Below, one piece after another: positions 52,276-61,403 of a stretch of DNA of 64,000 nucleotides. A program made the translations under genes and the position numbers. Location: positions 1 through 64,000 of IMG/VR virus record IMGVR_UViG_3300027899_000001; one strand, written 5' to 3'. Positions within the stretch are counted from its first letter, which is position 1; each line of letters starts with the position of its first letter. Below the pieces are notes generated by a model. It saw only the letters and a list, made by a program, of their open reading frames with translations, had not been told where the DNA came from and did not search any database.

Positions 52276-52341
52276 ATATTCTATCAAAATTTTTACGTTC
52301 TCCTGGTCTTATTGGAATACCAAATTTATCTACTTCAGATT

Positions 52342-53538
52342 TTAATTTTTTTTTACTTCAGGCTTTGGAACTGCCTTAGCATCTATAACTTCTACTCCTC
52401 CTTGAACATATGGAGTACGGAGTTCAGGCGGTATCAGTATTGATTCCTGTGATATCTGTTCATCTTTTGTAGATTCAATAATAGATTCCATTTCTTTTTC
52501 TTTTTCTATGTTCTCGAGTAATTTAATGACTTCTTCTCCTTTAGAAGGTTTCATTATATCATCGATTTTAATAGTCTGTGTTTTAGTTTTCTTATTTAGA
52601 GGGTTTACGAATCTTCTTCTTTTTTCCGGAACCTTTACTTCCTCGACTGGTAGAGGCTCCTGCTCTTTTTTTGGTTCGACCACCGGTTCTTTTTCTTTAG
52701 GTGGTCGCCCTCGTTTTTTAATTTCAGCTTGTAATTTTTCTGCTTCTTGATGAGCTATTTGTTGTTCAAGAACTTTTTCTAATTTTGGATTAATTAAAGG
52801 CGATTGGTAATTCATAGGATACGAAAAATTTTCAACATCTCTATCTAAATTATCGCTTGCTTCTTCATCATATATTTCTTTCATAGTTTTAGTAAAATCT
52901 GGTCCAAATTTATCTTCATATTTTGATGGAACATGAAATTCTTCAACCGTCTTTTCTTTTAAAACTTCTTCTACTTTTTTATCAACTTCATTATTAATAA
53001 TCTCTTCTACTTGTTCATCTGGAATACTACCAACCTTTTCTGGTTCTTTTTCATATTCTTCTGTAGCCATTTTAATATTTTGTGCTACTAAAGCTGTCAT
53101 TCCTAAAGCAATAATTGGAAGTAAAGCACCTGATATCCAAGATATAATTACTTGATACATTTCAGGAGAAGTTGCTTGAACTCCAAACAATATTGATTTT
53201 TGCCAATATTGCCAATCTGTGCTTCCACTTGTCATCATATGTTTAAACGATGCATATACGTTCGCGGTTATTTGTAAACCTGTCAAAAGAAACATTAATG
53301 CCCAAGGTAAAAATCTTTCTTTATTTTTTGTCATTAAAATGCTAAATAATACAGATGCTTGACCAACTTCATATGCTACACCTAACAATATTGCTAAACT
53401 TATTGGATTTGCTAACTTAAAGAAATCTATTGCATGCAATGTTGATACAAAAGCAACAAAGACATAAAGTAATAAAAATGTTATTATTAAACCCCAATAA
53501 AGTCCTTTATTTGTTATTTTTAATTTTTGTAAATTCAT
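52342..53538 (-). CDS. Multi-pass membrane protein with long charged C-terminal region (possible -1 frame extension to 52274)
   Basis: Four hydrophobic helices in the first 150 aa, then an E/K/P-rich tail. Confidence 0.75.
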   Translation of the reverse strand: MNLQKLKITNKGLYWGLIITFLLLYVFVAFVSTLHAIDFFKLANPISLAILLGVAYEVGQASVLFSILMTKNKERFLPWALMFLLTGLQITANVYASFKHMMTSGSTDWQYWQKSILFGVQATSPEMYQVIISWISGALLPIIALGMTALVAQNIKMATEEYEKEPEKVGSIPDEQVEEIINNEVDKKVEEVLKEKTVEEFHVPSKYEDKFGPDFTKTMKEIYDEEASDNLDRDVENFSYPMNYQSPLINPKLEKVLEQQIAHQEAEKLQAEIKKRGRPPKEKEPVVEPKKEQEPLPVEEVKVPEKRRRFVNPLNKKTKTQTIKIDDIMKPSKGEEVIKLLENIEKEKEMESIIESTKDEQISQESILIPPELRTPYVQGGVEVIDAKAVPKPEVKKN

Positions 53539-53543
53539 AAATT

Positions 53544-53831
53544 TTATTTATTTTTCTGTTGTATTTCTACTAATTTATTTATTTCGTCTAAAGGATTTTC
53601 TGTGATATCTTTATCGCTAAATGCAACTAAATCATGTAGAATTATATCTTTTAAACTATCTATCCACACGTCATTTTCTTTAATATCATTTTTATTTGCG
53701 CCAAATATAATATCATCTTTAGCTTCTATAACAAGTGCATTATCAGCATTAGATAAAAATCCCTCGCTCCAATAATAATAGTCTCCTAATAATAATCTCC
53801 CCTTTATGACTATAATTGGATATTTTTTCAT
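53544..53831 (-). CDS. Hypothetical protein
   Basis: 95-aa ORF within the operon. Confidence 0.6.
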   Translation of the reverse strand: MKKYPIIVIKGRLLLGDYYYWSEGFLSNADNALVIEAKDDIIFGANKNDIKENDVWIDSLKDIILHDLVAFSDKDITENPLDEINKLVEIQQKNK

Positions 53832-53869
53832 ATCAATTGATATTTGTAATTTATTTACAGTATTATTTA

Positions 53870-54016
53870 TTAAAAAACATATATAATTGATACGTCATAA
53901 GTTTCTTTAATTACATTTTTCTTATCCTTACAACTACAGGATAAATCTAAATCATGATCTATACCCATTTCTTTTGCATCACGAGTAATTTTTTCACAAA
54001 AAATACATTTATTCAT
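53870..54016 (-). CDS. Small Cys-containing hypothetical protein (48 aa)
   Basis: Translated manually: MNKCIFCEK...SCSCK...; it fills the gap and starts 1 nt after the upstream stop. Confidence 0.4.
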   Translation of the reverse strand: MNKCIFCEKITRDAKEMGIDHDLDLSCSCKDKKNVIKETYDVSIIYVF

Positions 54017-54017
54017 A

Positions 54018-54374
54018 TTATTTTTTTATTTTAATTGTATCTAATTGTGCTCCACGAATATTAACAGTAGTATTAGATTTAAGTTTTTCAGCAACTGATT
54101 GAACTGCTGTTGCTTTTTCATTAGTTAATTTAGCAAATTGATTAGAAAGTTCTAACTCTTTTTGTAATTCACTGATTGTTTTAGACGTCTCTTTTTCCAA
54201 TATACTGTATTTATTTGTCAAAGAATCTATTGTATACGTATATTGTTTTCTTTCTAATGATAAAGTTACATTACGATTACAACTTTGCATTTTTGTAAGC
54301 GCTAATAAAATTAAGAGTGCAAGAGCAATCCATTTCATATTTTTTTCAAAAAATTGTTGAGGAGTCTGTGCCAT
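54018..54374 (-). CDS. Membrane-anchored coiled-coil protein (i-spanin-like architecture)
   Basis: N-terminal TM segment WIALALLILLAL followed by a coiled coil. Confidence 0.5.
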   Translation of the reverse strand: MAQTPQQFFEKNMKWIALALLILLALTKMQSCNRNVTLSLERKQYTYTIDSLTNKYSILEKETSKTISELQKELELSNQFAKLTNEKATAVQSVAEKLKSNTTVNIRGAQLDTIKIKK

Positions 54375-54468
54375 AATAAATGTTTTTTGTTATTATATAT
54401 TCTTCCTGAATATTATATAAAAACAAAAGGCCTAAGTTTTAGACCTTTTTATTTTTACATGAAAATAT

Positions 54469-55074
54469 TTATTCTTTTTTTGTTACATCTATTTCAACAG
54501 TATTTCCTTCTACTTGTGGAACTTCTTCTTTAGTGGGCTCAAGATCTGAAAGATAAAATCCCTGTTCAGCTGCTGCCCATCGTTCTTGAAGATATTGAAG
54601 ATTTTTTAATTCTACCCTAGCTTCTTCTACTTTAGTTCCAACCACTATTCCAATTTTAGAAAATTTATCAGCTTGTGCTTCAAATTCTTTTGCTTGTTTA
54701 AGTCCATATCCTCCGGGATTTGATAACATATATGCACAATATTCAAGCGCCTGATAGCCTAATCTAAATCCAGTAGTGTCATCAGCAAGTGCAATTGCTT
54801 TATCTATTTCTATTTCTAATTTAAGCATACCCATCCATTCCATTTTTGACCAGAATGCATATTTATTCATAAAATCTTTAAGATATAATCCTACATCATT
54901 GGCACCAAATTTTCCTATTTCACTAAGCTCCCATTTTTTTTCATCAAATTCTTTTAATGCAGCAGTAAATTCTTCTTTGTATTGCTGAACTTCTTCGGGA
55001 GTCGGTTTATTTAATTCTTGTTTAGGTTCTTCTTCTTTAACTACTGTTAACGGTGTATTTTTTTCTCTTGCCAT
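54469..55074 (-). CDS. Hypothetical acidic helical protein
   Basis: 201-aa ORF with a downstream hairpin at about 54425-54450. Confidence 0.7.
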   Translation of the reverse strand: MAREKNTPLTVVKEEEPKQELNKPTPEEVQQYKEEFTAALKEFDEKKWELSEIGKFGANDVGLYLKDFMNKYAFWSKMEWMGMLKLEIEIDKAIALADDTTGFRLGYQALEYCAYMLSNPGGYGLKQAKEFEAQADKFSKIGIVVGTKVEEARVELKNLQYLQERWAAAEQGFYLSDLEPTKEEVPQVEGNTVEIDVTKKE

Positions 55075-55126
55075 TTTTTATAAATTTATTTTTATTTTAT
55101 ATAATGTTTTGTTAAAAAGTTTTAAT

Positions 55127-55213
55127 GAATATATAATAAAAGCAGTAATCTTTACCTGACAAATAAAGAAACCGAAGAGGGATCAACGGCTGTCCTGCTT
55201 AAATTATATATTC
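55127..55213 (+). ncRNA. Structured leader/inverted-repeat element B upstream of an HNH gene
   Basis: GAATATATAAT..AAGCAG pairs with CTGCTT..ATTATATATTC; internal hairpins TCTTTA/TAAAGA and CCG/CGG; homologous to 28923-29013. Confidence 0.55.
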
Positions 55214-55233
55214 TTAAAATAATAGAGGGAATC

Positions 55234-55998
55234 ATGAATCATCAAAAAACTTATGACTATATAATTCAAAAAGCAAAATCTGAAAATAGAATTAAATTAA
55301 GAAAAAATCAAGAAGGTTATGTTTATTATGAAAATCATCATATTTTGCCTAAATGCTTAGGCGGAAATAATAATGAAGAAAATTTAGTTTTATTAACTGC
55401 AAAAGAACATTTTGTTTGTCATAAAGTATTAACATACATTTATAAAGAAAATAGAAAAATAGCCTGTGCTTTTCATAAAATGTCATTTGGAATACATAAT
55501 ATAGCATATAAAATATCTTCAAGAGATTATGCATATGCAAGAGAATTAATATCTATAACTCCAATTTCTAATGAAACTAGAGAAAAATTAAGTAAAGCTA
55601 CAAAAGGAAAACCTAGTAAAAAACGAGGCACTCATCTTTCAGATGAAACTAAAAGAAAATTAAGTGAAAAGGGAAAGGGAAGAAAGGTATCTCTTCAAAC
55701 TAGACAAAATATCAGTAACGGACAAAAAGGAAAAAAATTATCACAAGAACATAAAGAAAAATTACGTAAAACTAAATTAAGTAAACCTGGACATAAACAT
55801 ACTGAAAAATTTAAAAACAAAATATCAGAAAATAACAAAAAATATAAAACAGGAATTAAAGTTTCTACCCAAACTAGAATTAAAATGTCAATTACACGAA
55901 AGGGAGTTAAAAAAACAGAAGAGCACAAACGAAAAATACTTGAAGGACGTAAAAAATATTTTGAAAAAAGAAGACAAGAAAAATTATTACACGATTAA
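55234..55998 (+). CDS. HNH homing endonuclease with NUMOD3 repeats, inserted against the local gene orientation
   Basis: N-terminus nearly identical to 29035-29772; repeated LS.ET(K/R).K(L/I)S motifs. Confidence 0.88.
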   Translation: MNHQKTYDYIIQKAKSENRIKLRKNQEGYVYYENHHILPKCLGGNNNEENLVLLTAKEHFVCHKVLTYIYKENRKIACAFHKMSFGIHNIAYKISSRDYAYARELISITPISNETREKLSKATKGKPSKKRGTHLSDETKRKLSEKGKGRKVSLQTRQNISNGQKGKKLSQEHKEKLRKTKLSKPGHKHTEKFKNKISENNKKYKTGIKVSTQTRIKMSITRKGVKKTEEHKRKILEGRKKYFEKRRQEKLLHD

Positions 55999-56760
55999 AT
56001 ATTCTTGTGAATGTTTAATATGATATTCTTTGACTAATTCAATAAATTTTTGTTCATATGTTTCAAGTTCTACACCAGATAATATTATTTCTTGTAAAAT
56101 ATCAGATTGCTTATCAACACAAAGTATAGATGCTTTGTTTATTATTAAACCTTTTTCTTTATACATTTCTCGTAAACAATTTGCATATCCTCCTAACTGA
56201 TAGAAATATTTAATTTCTTTTGTGCTTCCTTTTTTAATTTTTCCATTAGAAGATTTAAAATCAGTAAGAGCTAAACCAAATATTTTATCTTTATAAAGAA
56301 TATCTAATTTTCCTCGATAAAATAAAGAAGGTGAATAAATTCCTAATTCTATTGCTAACATATCATTATACTGATTGGAGTAATCTGAATAATAGAATTT
56401 ATAGAATAAATTTCTCCCTTCTTCTATTTTATCGTTTGGAATATTATCTTCTTTTAATATTTTAGGACTTTCTTCTTGAGTATATTTTAATGCTTCGGAA
56501 ACATCTTTTGATAAAGAATATTTGGATATAAAGTTTTCTACAAATGTGTGCATAGATGAGCCTCTGTTACCTGCCGCGGTCATTATTTTATCTACTGCAG
56601 CTTGACCCATAGTTTCTACCCATTTATCATATTCTGGATCAGGAATCATCTCACCAAGAATTGTTGATACCGATGGAATTTTAATTTTATAGACTGCCTC
56701 CGGCAATCCATAAGATCCCTTTATCCATTTTACATTGTTTAAGTCAAATTCGAAACCCAC
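55987..56760 (-). CDS. PD-(D/E)XK exonuclease (RecB/Cas4-like superfamily)
   Basis: IPSVSTIL, RGSSMH, YRGKLDIL, LTDFKSS and YQLGGY motifs. Confidence 0.8.
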   Translation of the reverse strand: MGFEFDLNNVKWIKGSYGLPEAVYKIKIPSVSTILGEMIPDPEYDKWVETMGQAAVDKIMTAAGNRGSSMHTFVENFISKYSLSKDVSEALKYTQEESPKILKEDNIPNDKIEEGRNLFYKFYYSDYSNQYNDMLAIELGIYSPSLFYRGKLDILYKDKIFGLALTDFKSSNGKIKKGSTKEIKYFYQLGGYANCLREMYKEKGLIINKASILCVDKQSDILQEIILSGVELETYEQKFIELVKEYHIKHSQEYLIV

Positions 56761-57224
56761 GTTATTAAAAGGGGTATTAGTTTAAATTTAAGAACTACAA
56801 ATACTATTAATCCGTTAATAATAATAAATTTTAATAACCAAGATAAAGAAAGTTTATTAAAAATAAATCGATATACTATAAAATATGATAACGTTGGATT
56901 TCCTTTATCATCTTCAAATTGATTAAATTCACAACTTAAACATTCAGCAAATCCAAGTTCTTCATCTAAATAACGATTAAGGAGGTTTAAAGATTCTAAC
57001 ACCTTTGTACGTTTAATTACATCTGGCAAAACAGAATCAGAATCATCTAAAGTAATCGTAACAAAAATATCATATAATTTTGTACGTTCTAATTTCCATT
57101 TATTATATTTAGAATTAGGATTTGATTCTTCTTTTCGAATTATTCTTTTCCAGTCAGAAAAATTTTCAAAATCTCTATAGACTTTAACAATTCCCCAATT
57201 TCTTGGTTTTAAAAAATCTAACAT
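56739..57224 (-). CDS. Hypothetical protein with C-terminal hydrophobic segment
   Basis: 161-aa ORF within the operon. Confidence 0.65.
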   Translation of the reverse strand: MLDFLKPRNWGIVKVYRDFENFSDWKRIIRKEESNPNSKYNKWKLERTKLYDIFVTITLDDSDSVLPDVIKRTKVLESLNLLNRYLDEELGFAECLSCEFNQFEDDKGNPTLSYFIVYRFIFNKLSLSWLLKFIIINGLIVFVVLKFKLIPLLITWVSNLT

Positions 57225-57225
57225 G

Positions 57226-57426
57226 TTATTTTTTAATTTTTAATTTTCTTTTAATAAAAAAATCTACTCTTGCTTCAATTTCTTTTCTGAGAGCTGGTTT
57301 TTTAAATTTAAGTCCATATGTTTCTACATGGCCTTTTATATCACATCCATCATAACCTTCTTCCATCATTAATTGAGTTGCAAGAATTTTAAATTCTTTA
57401 GATTTAAGAACGTCTTCTTTTTTCAT
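57226..57426 (-). CDS. Small basic hypothetical protein (start moved to MKKEDV)
   Basis: The ATG at 57426 directly follows the sigma factor stop. Confidence 0.55.
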   Translation of the reverse strand: MKKEDVLKSKEFKILATQLMMEEGYDGCDIKGHVETYGLKFKKPALRKEIEARVDFFIKRKLKIKK

Positions 57427-57427
57427 G

Positions 57428-58060
57428 TTATTCTTCATTTTCATTTCCAAAATACGAATCCACTAAATCTGGATATTTTTTATAAAGACCATCAGCCACA
57501 TCTTTACGAGCTTTACGAAGTCTTGTTTTAACAGTTGAAAGATTCCAACCTAAATCATCTGCTATATCATTCAATTGTTTTTGATTAATTTCTCTTTCAA
57601 TCATTACAGTTTTATATGGTTCTTCTAATTGATTTATTGCAGAAATTGATGCATCAAATAATTGTTGTGTTAATTCTTCTCCGCTTGGACCCATACATTC
57701 AGTATTCATATTAAATACTGGATTATAATTTTGAAGTAATTTAGAATGATTACTCATATATCTATCATAAGATAGATTTCTACTGCCATTTCTTATAATA
57801 CCGAGCGCTTCATTTTTTGCAATTGCATATACCCATGTAGAGAAATTATATTGAATTTTATATTGTTCAATTTTTTCCCAAATAGCTATAAAAGTTTGTG
57901 CTACTACTTCTTTAGCTAAATCTCTATCTCTAACGTATTTGTATGCGAATGATGAAAGGCCTGGTTTTAAACGATTAATTAAGATTTCAAAATTTTTGTT
58001 ATTTTTTTCTTCTATAAAATTTAATGCAATAGTTTGGATACTAGGATTTTTCTTACTCAT
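57428..58060 (-). CDS. Sigma-70 family (ECF-like) RNA polymerase sigma factor
   Basis: Region 2: LAKEVVAQTFIAIWEKIEQY...FSTWVYAIAKNEAL. Region 4: LNDIADDLGWNLSTVKTRLRKAR. Confidence 0.88.
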   Translation of the reverse strand: MSKKNPSIQTIALNFIEEKNNKNFEILINRLKPGLSSFAYKYVRDRDLAKEVVAQTFIAIWEKIEQYKIQYNFSTWVYAIAKNEALGIIRNGSRNLSYDRYMSNHSKLLQNYNPVFNMNTECMGPSGEELTQQLFDASISAINQLEEPYKTVMIEREINQKQLNDIADDLGWNLSTVKTRLRKARKDVADGLYKKYPDLVDSYFGNENEE

Positions 58061-58112
58061 ACAATAATTTTAATTTAGTTTATGTGTTTATGTATTATGT
58101 TATCATAGAAAA

Positions 58113-58415
58113 TTAATCTTCTATAATTTGTTCTACGAAATTATTGATATTTTTCATCATAGCTTCTACTCTTACAAATGGAAATTGTCCAATAGCATTA
58201 ACAATTTGAGTTAAAGTTTGATGATCCATTTTTTCAACATCAATTGCTTGAATAAGTCCAGCGATTTCATTAAAAGGACGATCTCCTACTGCTTGTAAAA
58301 GAGCCTTTTTAAAATCGGGTTTAATTCTATATGTTGGAACATAAGCATTTGTTTCAACTTTTTGAGTTGCATCTACAGTAGGAGTAGCTGATACGGTTGG
58401 TTTTTCATTTGCCAT
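58113..58415 (-). CDS. Hypothetical protein
   Basis: 100-aa ORF with an internal duplication (RPFNEI / QFPFVRV). Confidence 0.65.
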   Translation of the reverse strand: MANEKPTVSATPTVDATQKVETNAYVPTYRIKPDFKKALLQAVGDRPFNEIAGLIQAIDVEKMDHQTLTQIVNAIGQFPFVRVEAMMKNINNFVEQIIED

Positions 58416-58542
58416 AATAATCTTTATTTTAGTTTTAAGTTTATATTTATTTTATTTTTATATATAAAAAATGTTAAAAAGTTTTGATTTGATATAATAC
58501 AATATAATACAAATGTGTGTTAATGATTTTTAATTTTGTTAA

Positions 58543-58821
58543 TTATTTGTTATTTTTAACTATATAGCCACTATTTTTTATATGTGATAGCCAATCTTCA
58601 ACATCTTTTTTAATTATCATACTAGAATCAGTAACTTCTCCAGATTTTGTTTTATAATACTTCACATGAACAAACCATTCATCATATTTATCTTCTATAA
58701 ATAATACTGATAAAGAAGAGTGCGGTTTACTTAACAGATATAACTGTTTATTATTTGAAAAATCTTTTATGTTTTCTGTAAGTTTTGTTTTTACTTTTGG
58801 TATAAGTTTTTTATAAGCCAT
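58543..58821 (-). CDS. Hypothetical protein
   Basis: 92-aa ORF within the operon. Confidence 0.6.
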   Translation of the reverse strand: MAYKKLIPKVKTKLTENIKDFSNNKQLYLLSKPHSSLSVLFIEDKYDEWFVHVKYYKTKSGEVTDSSMIIKKDVEDWLSHIKNSGYIVKNNK

Positions 58822-58822
58822 A

Positions 58823-59530
58823 TTATCGTATTAATAAAGTTTTATCTAATAAATATTTATATTCATCAAAAAGTTCAGTTGGTGTATACGTTTTTAAGTT
58901 TTCAATATTAGATTCTTCAGCTGATATACGTCGAGCACAATCAACAACTTCAAAATTATCATATGTTTTCAATGCAAGATAATTATCTCTAACTCTACTT
59001 TGAAATTCTATATCTGCTTCATGAATATCTTTTAAATGAGATTCATTTTCACTTCTATGCTGTAATCTTTCTTTGATAATATCAATAGGAACATCAAAAA
59101 AGATATTTAAATCTGGATATGGTAATTCTAAAAATCCAAATTCAAATTCATCAATCCATTCTCTTATTATACTAGATTGTATACTAGTATTATATTTAGC
59201 TCCTTGAAAAGCCATATTACAAAATACATATCTATCTAATAAAAGAACATCATTTTCTGCTAATTGTTTATTAAGAGTGGGAAGATATAAAAATCTATCC
59301 ATTGCATACATGTTTGCTATAAATACAGGATCTACTTTCTTTACATCACCATATTCTCCTCTTAAATAAGATGATATAACAATACTCGCTTCATTATCTC
59401 CATATTTTGGAAAATGAACATATTCAAATTTAAGATTTTTATCTGTGAGATATTGTTTTATTAATTCTACTTGTGTACTCTTGCCTGAAGCATCAAGACC
59501 TGATACGGCGATAAGTGTTGCGTTATACAT
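58823..59530 (-). CDS. tmk: Thymidylate kinase
   Basis: GLDASGKSTQ P-loop, HFPKY, LLDRYVFCN and PYPDLNIFFDV motifs. Confidence 0.92.
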   Translation of the reverse strand: MYNATLIAVSGLDASGKSTQVELIKQYLTDKNLKFEYVHFPKYGDNEASIVISSYLRGEYGDVKKVDPVFIANMYAMDRFLYLPTLNKQLAENDVLLLDRYVFCNMAFQGAKYNTSIQSSIIREWIDEFEFGFLELPYPDLNIFFDVPIDIIKERLQHRSENESHLKDIHEADIEFQSRVRDNYLALKTYDNFEVVDCARRISAEESNIENLKTYTPTELFDEYKYLLDKTLLIR

Positions 59531-59547
59531 AAAAAAAGTATTAAAGA

Positions 59548-59832
59548 TTATGGTTTATAAAAAATGTTTTCTATATATTGAAAAATAAAAACAACGGAAA
59601 GGCCTATGCACAATAGGCCCCAAATGTTCCAATCCGTTTTAAATATAAGTTTTAATGTGTATCCAAAAATAAAAGATTTAAATGGTATAATAAATAATAG
59701 GATAAATGAAGTAAAAAGATCTGCTAATGTATTAGTAAACTGTGTTTTAGTAGACTCAGTTTCTATAGATTTTTCACCTTTATTTTTAAATTCATTTAAT
59801 TTATTACTTAATGAATTATTACTCAGCGTCAT
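59548..59832 (-). CDS. Small membrane protein
   Basis: Two hydrophobic segments in the C-terminal half. Confidence 0.6.
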   Translation of the reverse strand: MTLSNNSLSNKLNEFKNKGEKSIETESTKTQFTNTLADLFTSFILLFIIPFKSFIFGYTLKLIFKTDWNIWGLLCIGLSVVFIFQYIENIFYKP

Positions 59833-60464
59833 TATTTTTTTGTTTTAAGATCTAATTTTTTTACTTTTGTATCGCCAGGAGCAGCTTTCTTTTCTTCTTT
59901 TTCTTCTTTTTCTTCAGATTCACCTGCTTCGTGTTCTTCTTTAGCTTCTTTTTCTTTAGATTCACCAGCTTCATGTTTTTCATGAGCTTTATCTTCTGGA
60001 GCTTTTCCTTTATCTTTTATATCACCGGGTTTGCCATCAGTTTTCGCTGCAGGACCTTTTTCACCTTCTCCTTTTGAAAAATTGGGAGATTCTTTCTTAG
60101 GATCGAGATTTCCTTTTTTCTCTGGTTCTTTTTCACCAGGAGCTCCATCTTCTTTTTCTCCAGGTTTTCCGCCAGCAGTTTTAACTTCACCAAACATTCC
60201 GGGTTTAAAGTCTTTAACTGAGTCAAGATCTGTTTGAAGATCGTATCCAGGTTCAAATTTAGAACCGCCCATATTCATTTCTACTTTAACTTCGACTTTT
60301 CCCTTTTGAAATTCTTTTTTAAGCCAATCATAAGATTTCTTATTTGTATCTGGAATAACTATTCCATCAGCATCAGTTAAGCCTTCGCCACCACTCATCA
60401 TTTGAGTAGATTCTTCGTAAAGTTTTTCTAAATAGTCGTTGATGTTAAAATTACCTGCTTTCAT
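59832..60464 (-). CDS. Highly charged E/K-rich protein, possibly prohead core/internal
   Basis: LEKLYEE N-terminal motif, low-complexity EK tail and its own promoter motif. Confidence 0.6.
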   Translation of the reverse strand: MKAGNFNINDYLEKLYEESTQMMSGGEGLTDADGIVIPDTNKKSYDWLKKEFQKGKVEVKVEMNMGGSKFEPGYDLQTDLDSVKDFKPGMFGEVKTAGGKPGEKEDGAPGEKEPEKKGNLDPKKESPNFSKGEGEKGPAAKTDGKPGDIKDKGKAPEDKAHEKHEAGESKEKEAKEEHEAGESEEKEEKEEKKAAPGDTKVKKLDLKTKK

Positions 60465-60496
60465 ATAATTAGTTTTATTTTATATATCTTATATAT

Positions 60497-60913
60497 TTAT
60501 CGTCCAAAAAGATTTTCTCCTGGTTTTGGCATTCTTTTTAATACCCACTTCTTTGTAATTGGATTTTTTACACAATATTTTGGTAATAAACCTGCTTGTC
60601 TATATGTTCCATAGAGTTGATCAGTCCAATAGCCTCTTTGTTGTCTTTGTTCTCCAATTTGACGTTGATATCCGTTGCTCCAATCGTATTTTGGTTCTTT
60701 TTTATAAAAGTCAGCTTTTGAATGTCCATTTAAAGTTACAAAAATATATTTCTGTATATCTGTAAAGCTTGCGCCTTCTTCTCTGTATTTTGCAATAAAC
60801 TGTAATAGTTTAAACGCTTTTGTTTTAACCATTTTTTCTCCATATCCTATATTCATATCTCTTATAGGATCTGATTCTTCTGAGAACTTTTCAAATACTC
60901 TTCTAGCCTTCAT
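60497..60913 (-). CDS. Hypothetical protein with shared leader and wHTH-like domain
   Basis: MKARRVFEKFSEESDPIRDMNIG; domain shared with the C-terminus of 61404-62234. Confidence 0.75.
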   Translation of the reverse strand: MKARRVFEKFSEESDPIRDMNIGYGEKMVKTKAFKLLQFIAKYREEGASFTDIQKYIFVTLNGHSKADFYKKEPKYDWSNGYQRQIGEQRQQRGYWTDQLYGTYRQAGLLPKYCVKNPITKKWVLKRMPKPGENLFGR

Positions 60914-60991
60914 TTAATAAATCCTGCATTTTTTTAGTTGTATATAAATAACTTTCGTATTTTTTTATAGATCTATCAAAACTCGATGCTG

Positions 60992-61396
60992 TTATTTTTT
61001 TATTTTAAAAATTTCTTTTATAACGCCTTTCATATCATATATATTTTTAATATAATAATATTTTCCTTCTGTGTTATAAATCCACCCCCATCTAGCGCCT
61101 TTTAATATAGCATTTCCCGCTTTATTATTCATAGCAAAATCTAATTGATTTGTTTCACTGTAAAGTAATTTAGCAGCTGGATGACTTCCATTTTCACAAA
61201 CAATAGTCATAACATCGTCTGTATTTATATCATAATAATGACCTACTTCATCATAATAAATATCCTTAAATTTAAAATATTCAGAAAAATCTTCAATAAA
61301 TTTTTCTAATATCTGTATGGGCTTTATTCCTATACCCATATCTCTTATAGGATCTGATTCTTCTGAAAACACTTCGTATATGTATTTAGATTTCAT
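60992..61396 (-). CDS. Hypothetical protein with shared leader
   Basis: MKSKYIYEVFSEESDPIRDMGIG N-terminus. Confidence 0.75.
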   Translation of the reverse strand: MKSKYIYEVFSEESDPIRDMGIGIKPIQILEKFIEDFSEYFKFKDIYYDEVGHYYDINTDDVMTIVCENGSHPAAKLLYSETNQLDFAMNNKAGNAILKGARWGWIYNTEGKYYYIKNIYDMKGVIKEIFKIKK

Positions 61397-61403
61397 TCAT
61401 TCT

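Noticed and set aside
55987-56760. Cas4/CRISPR system
   Set aside because: It is a stand-alone PD-(D/E)XK nuclease lacking the Cas4 Cys cluster; no array or other cas genes are present.
10055-60765. Short antisense ORFs nested in long genes (e.g. 12035-12331, 29325-29594, 39056-39466, 42930-43244, 46054-46392)
   Set aside because: They are shadows of well-supported genes on the opposite strand, with no motifs or expression signals.
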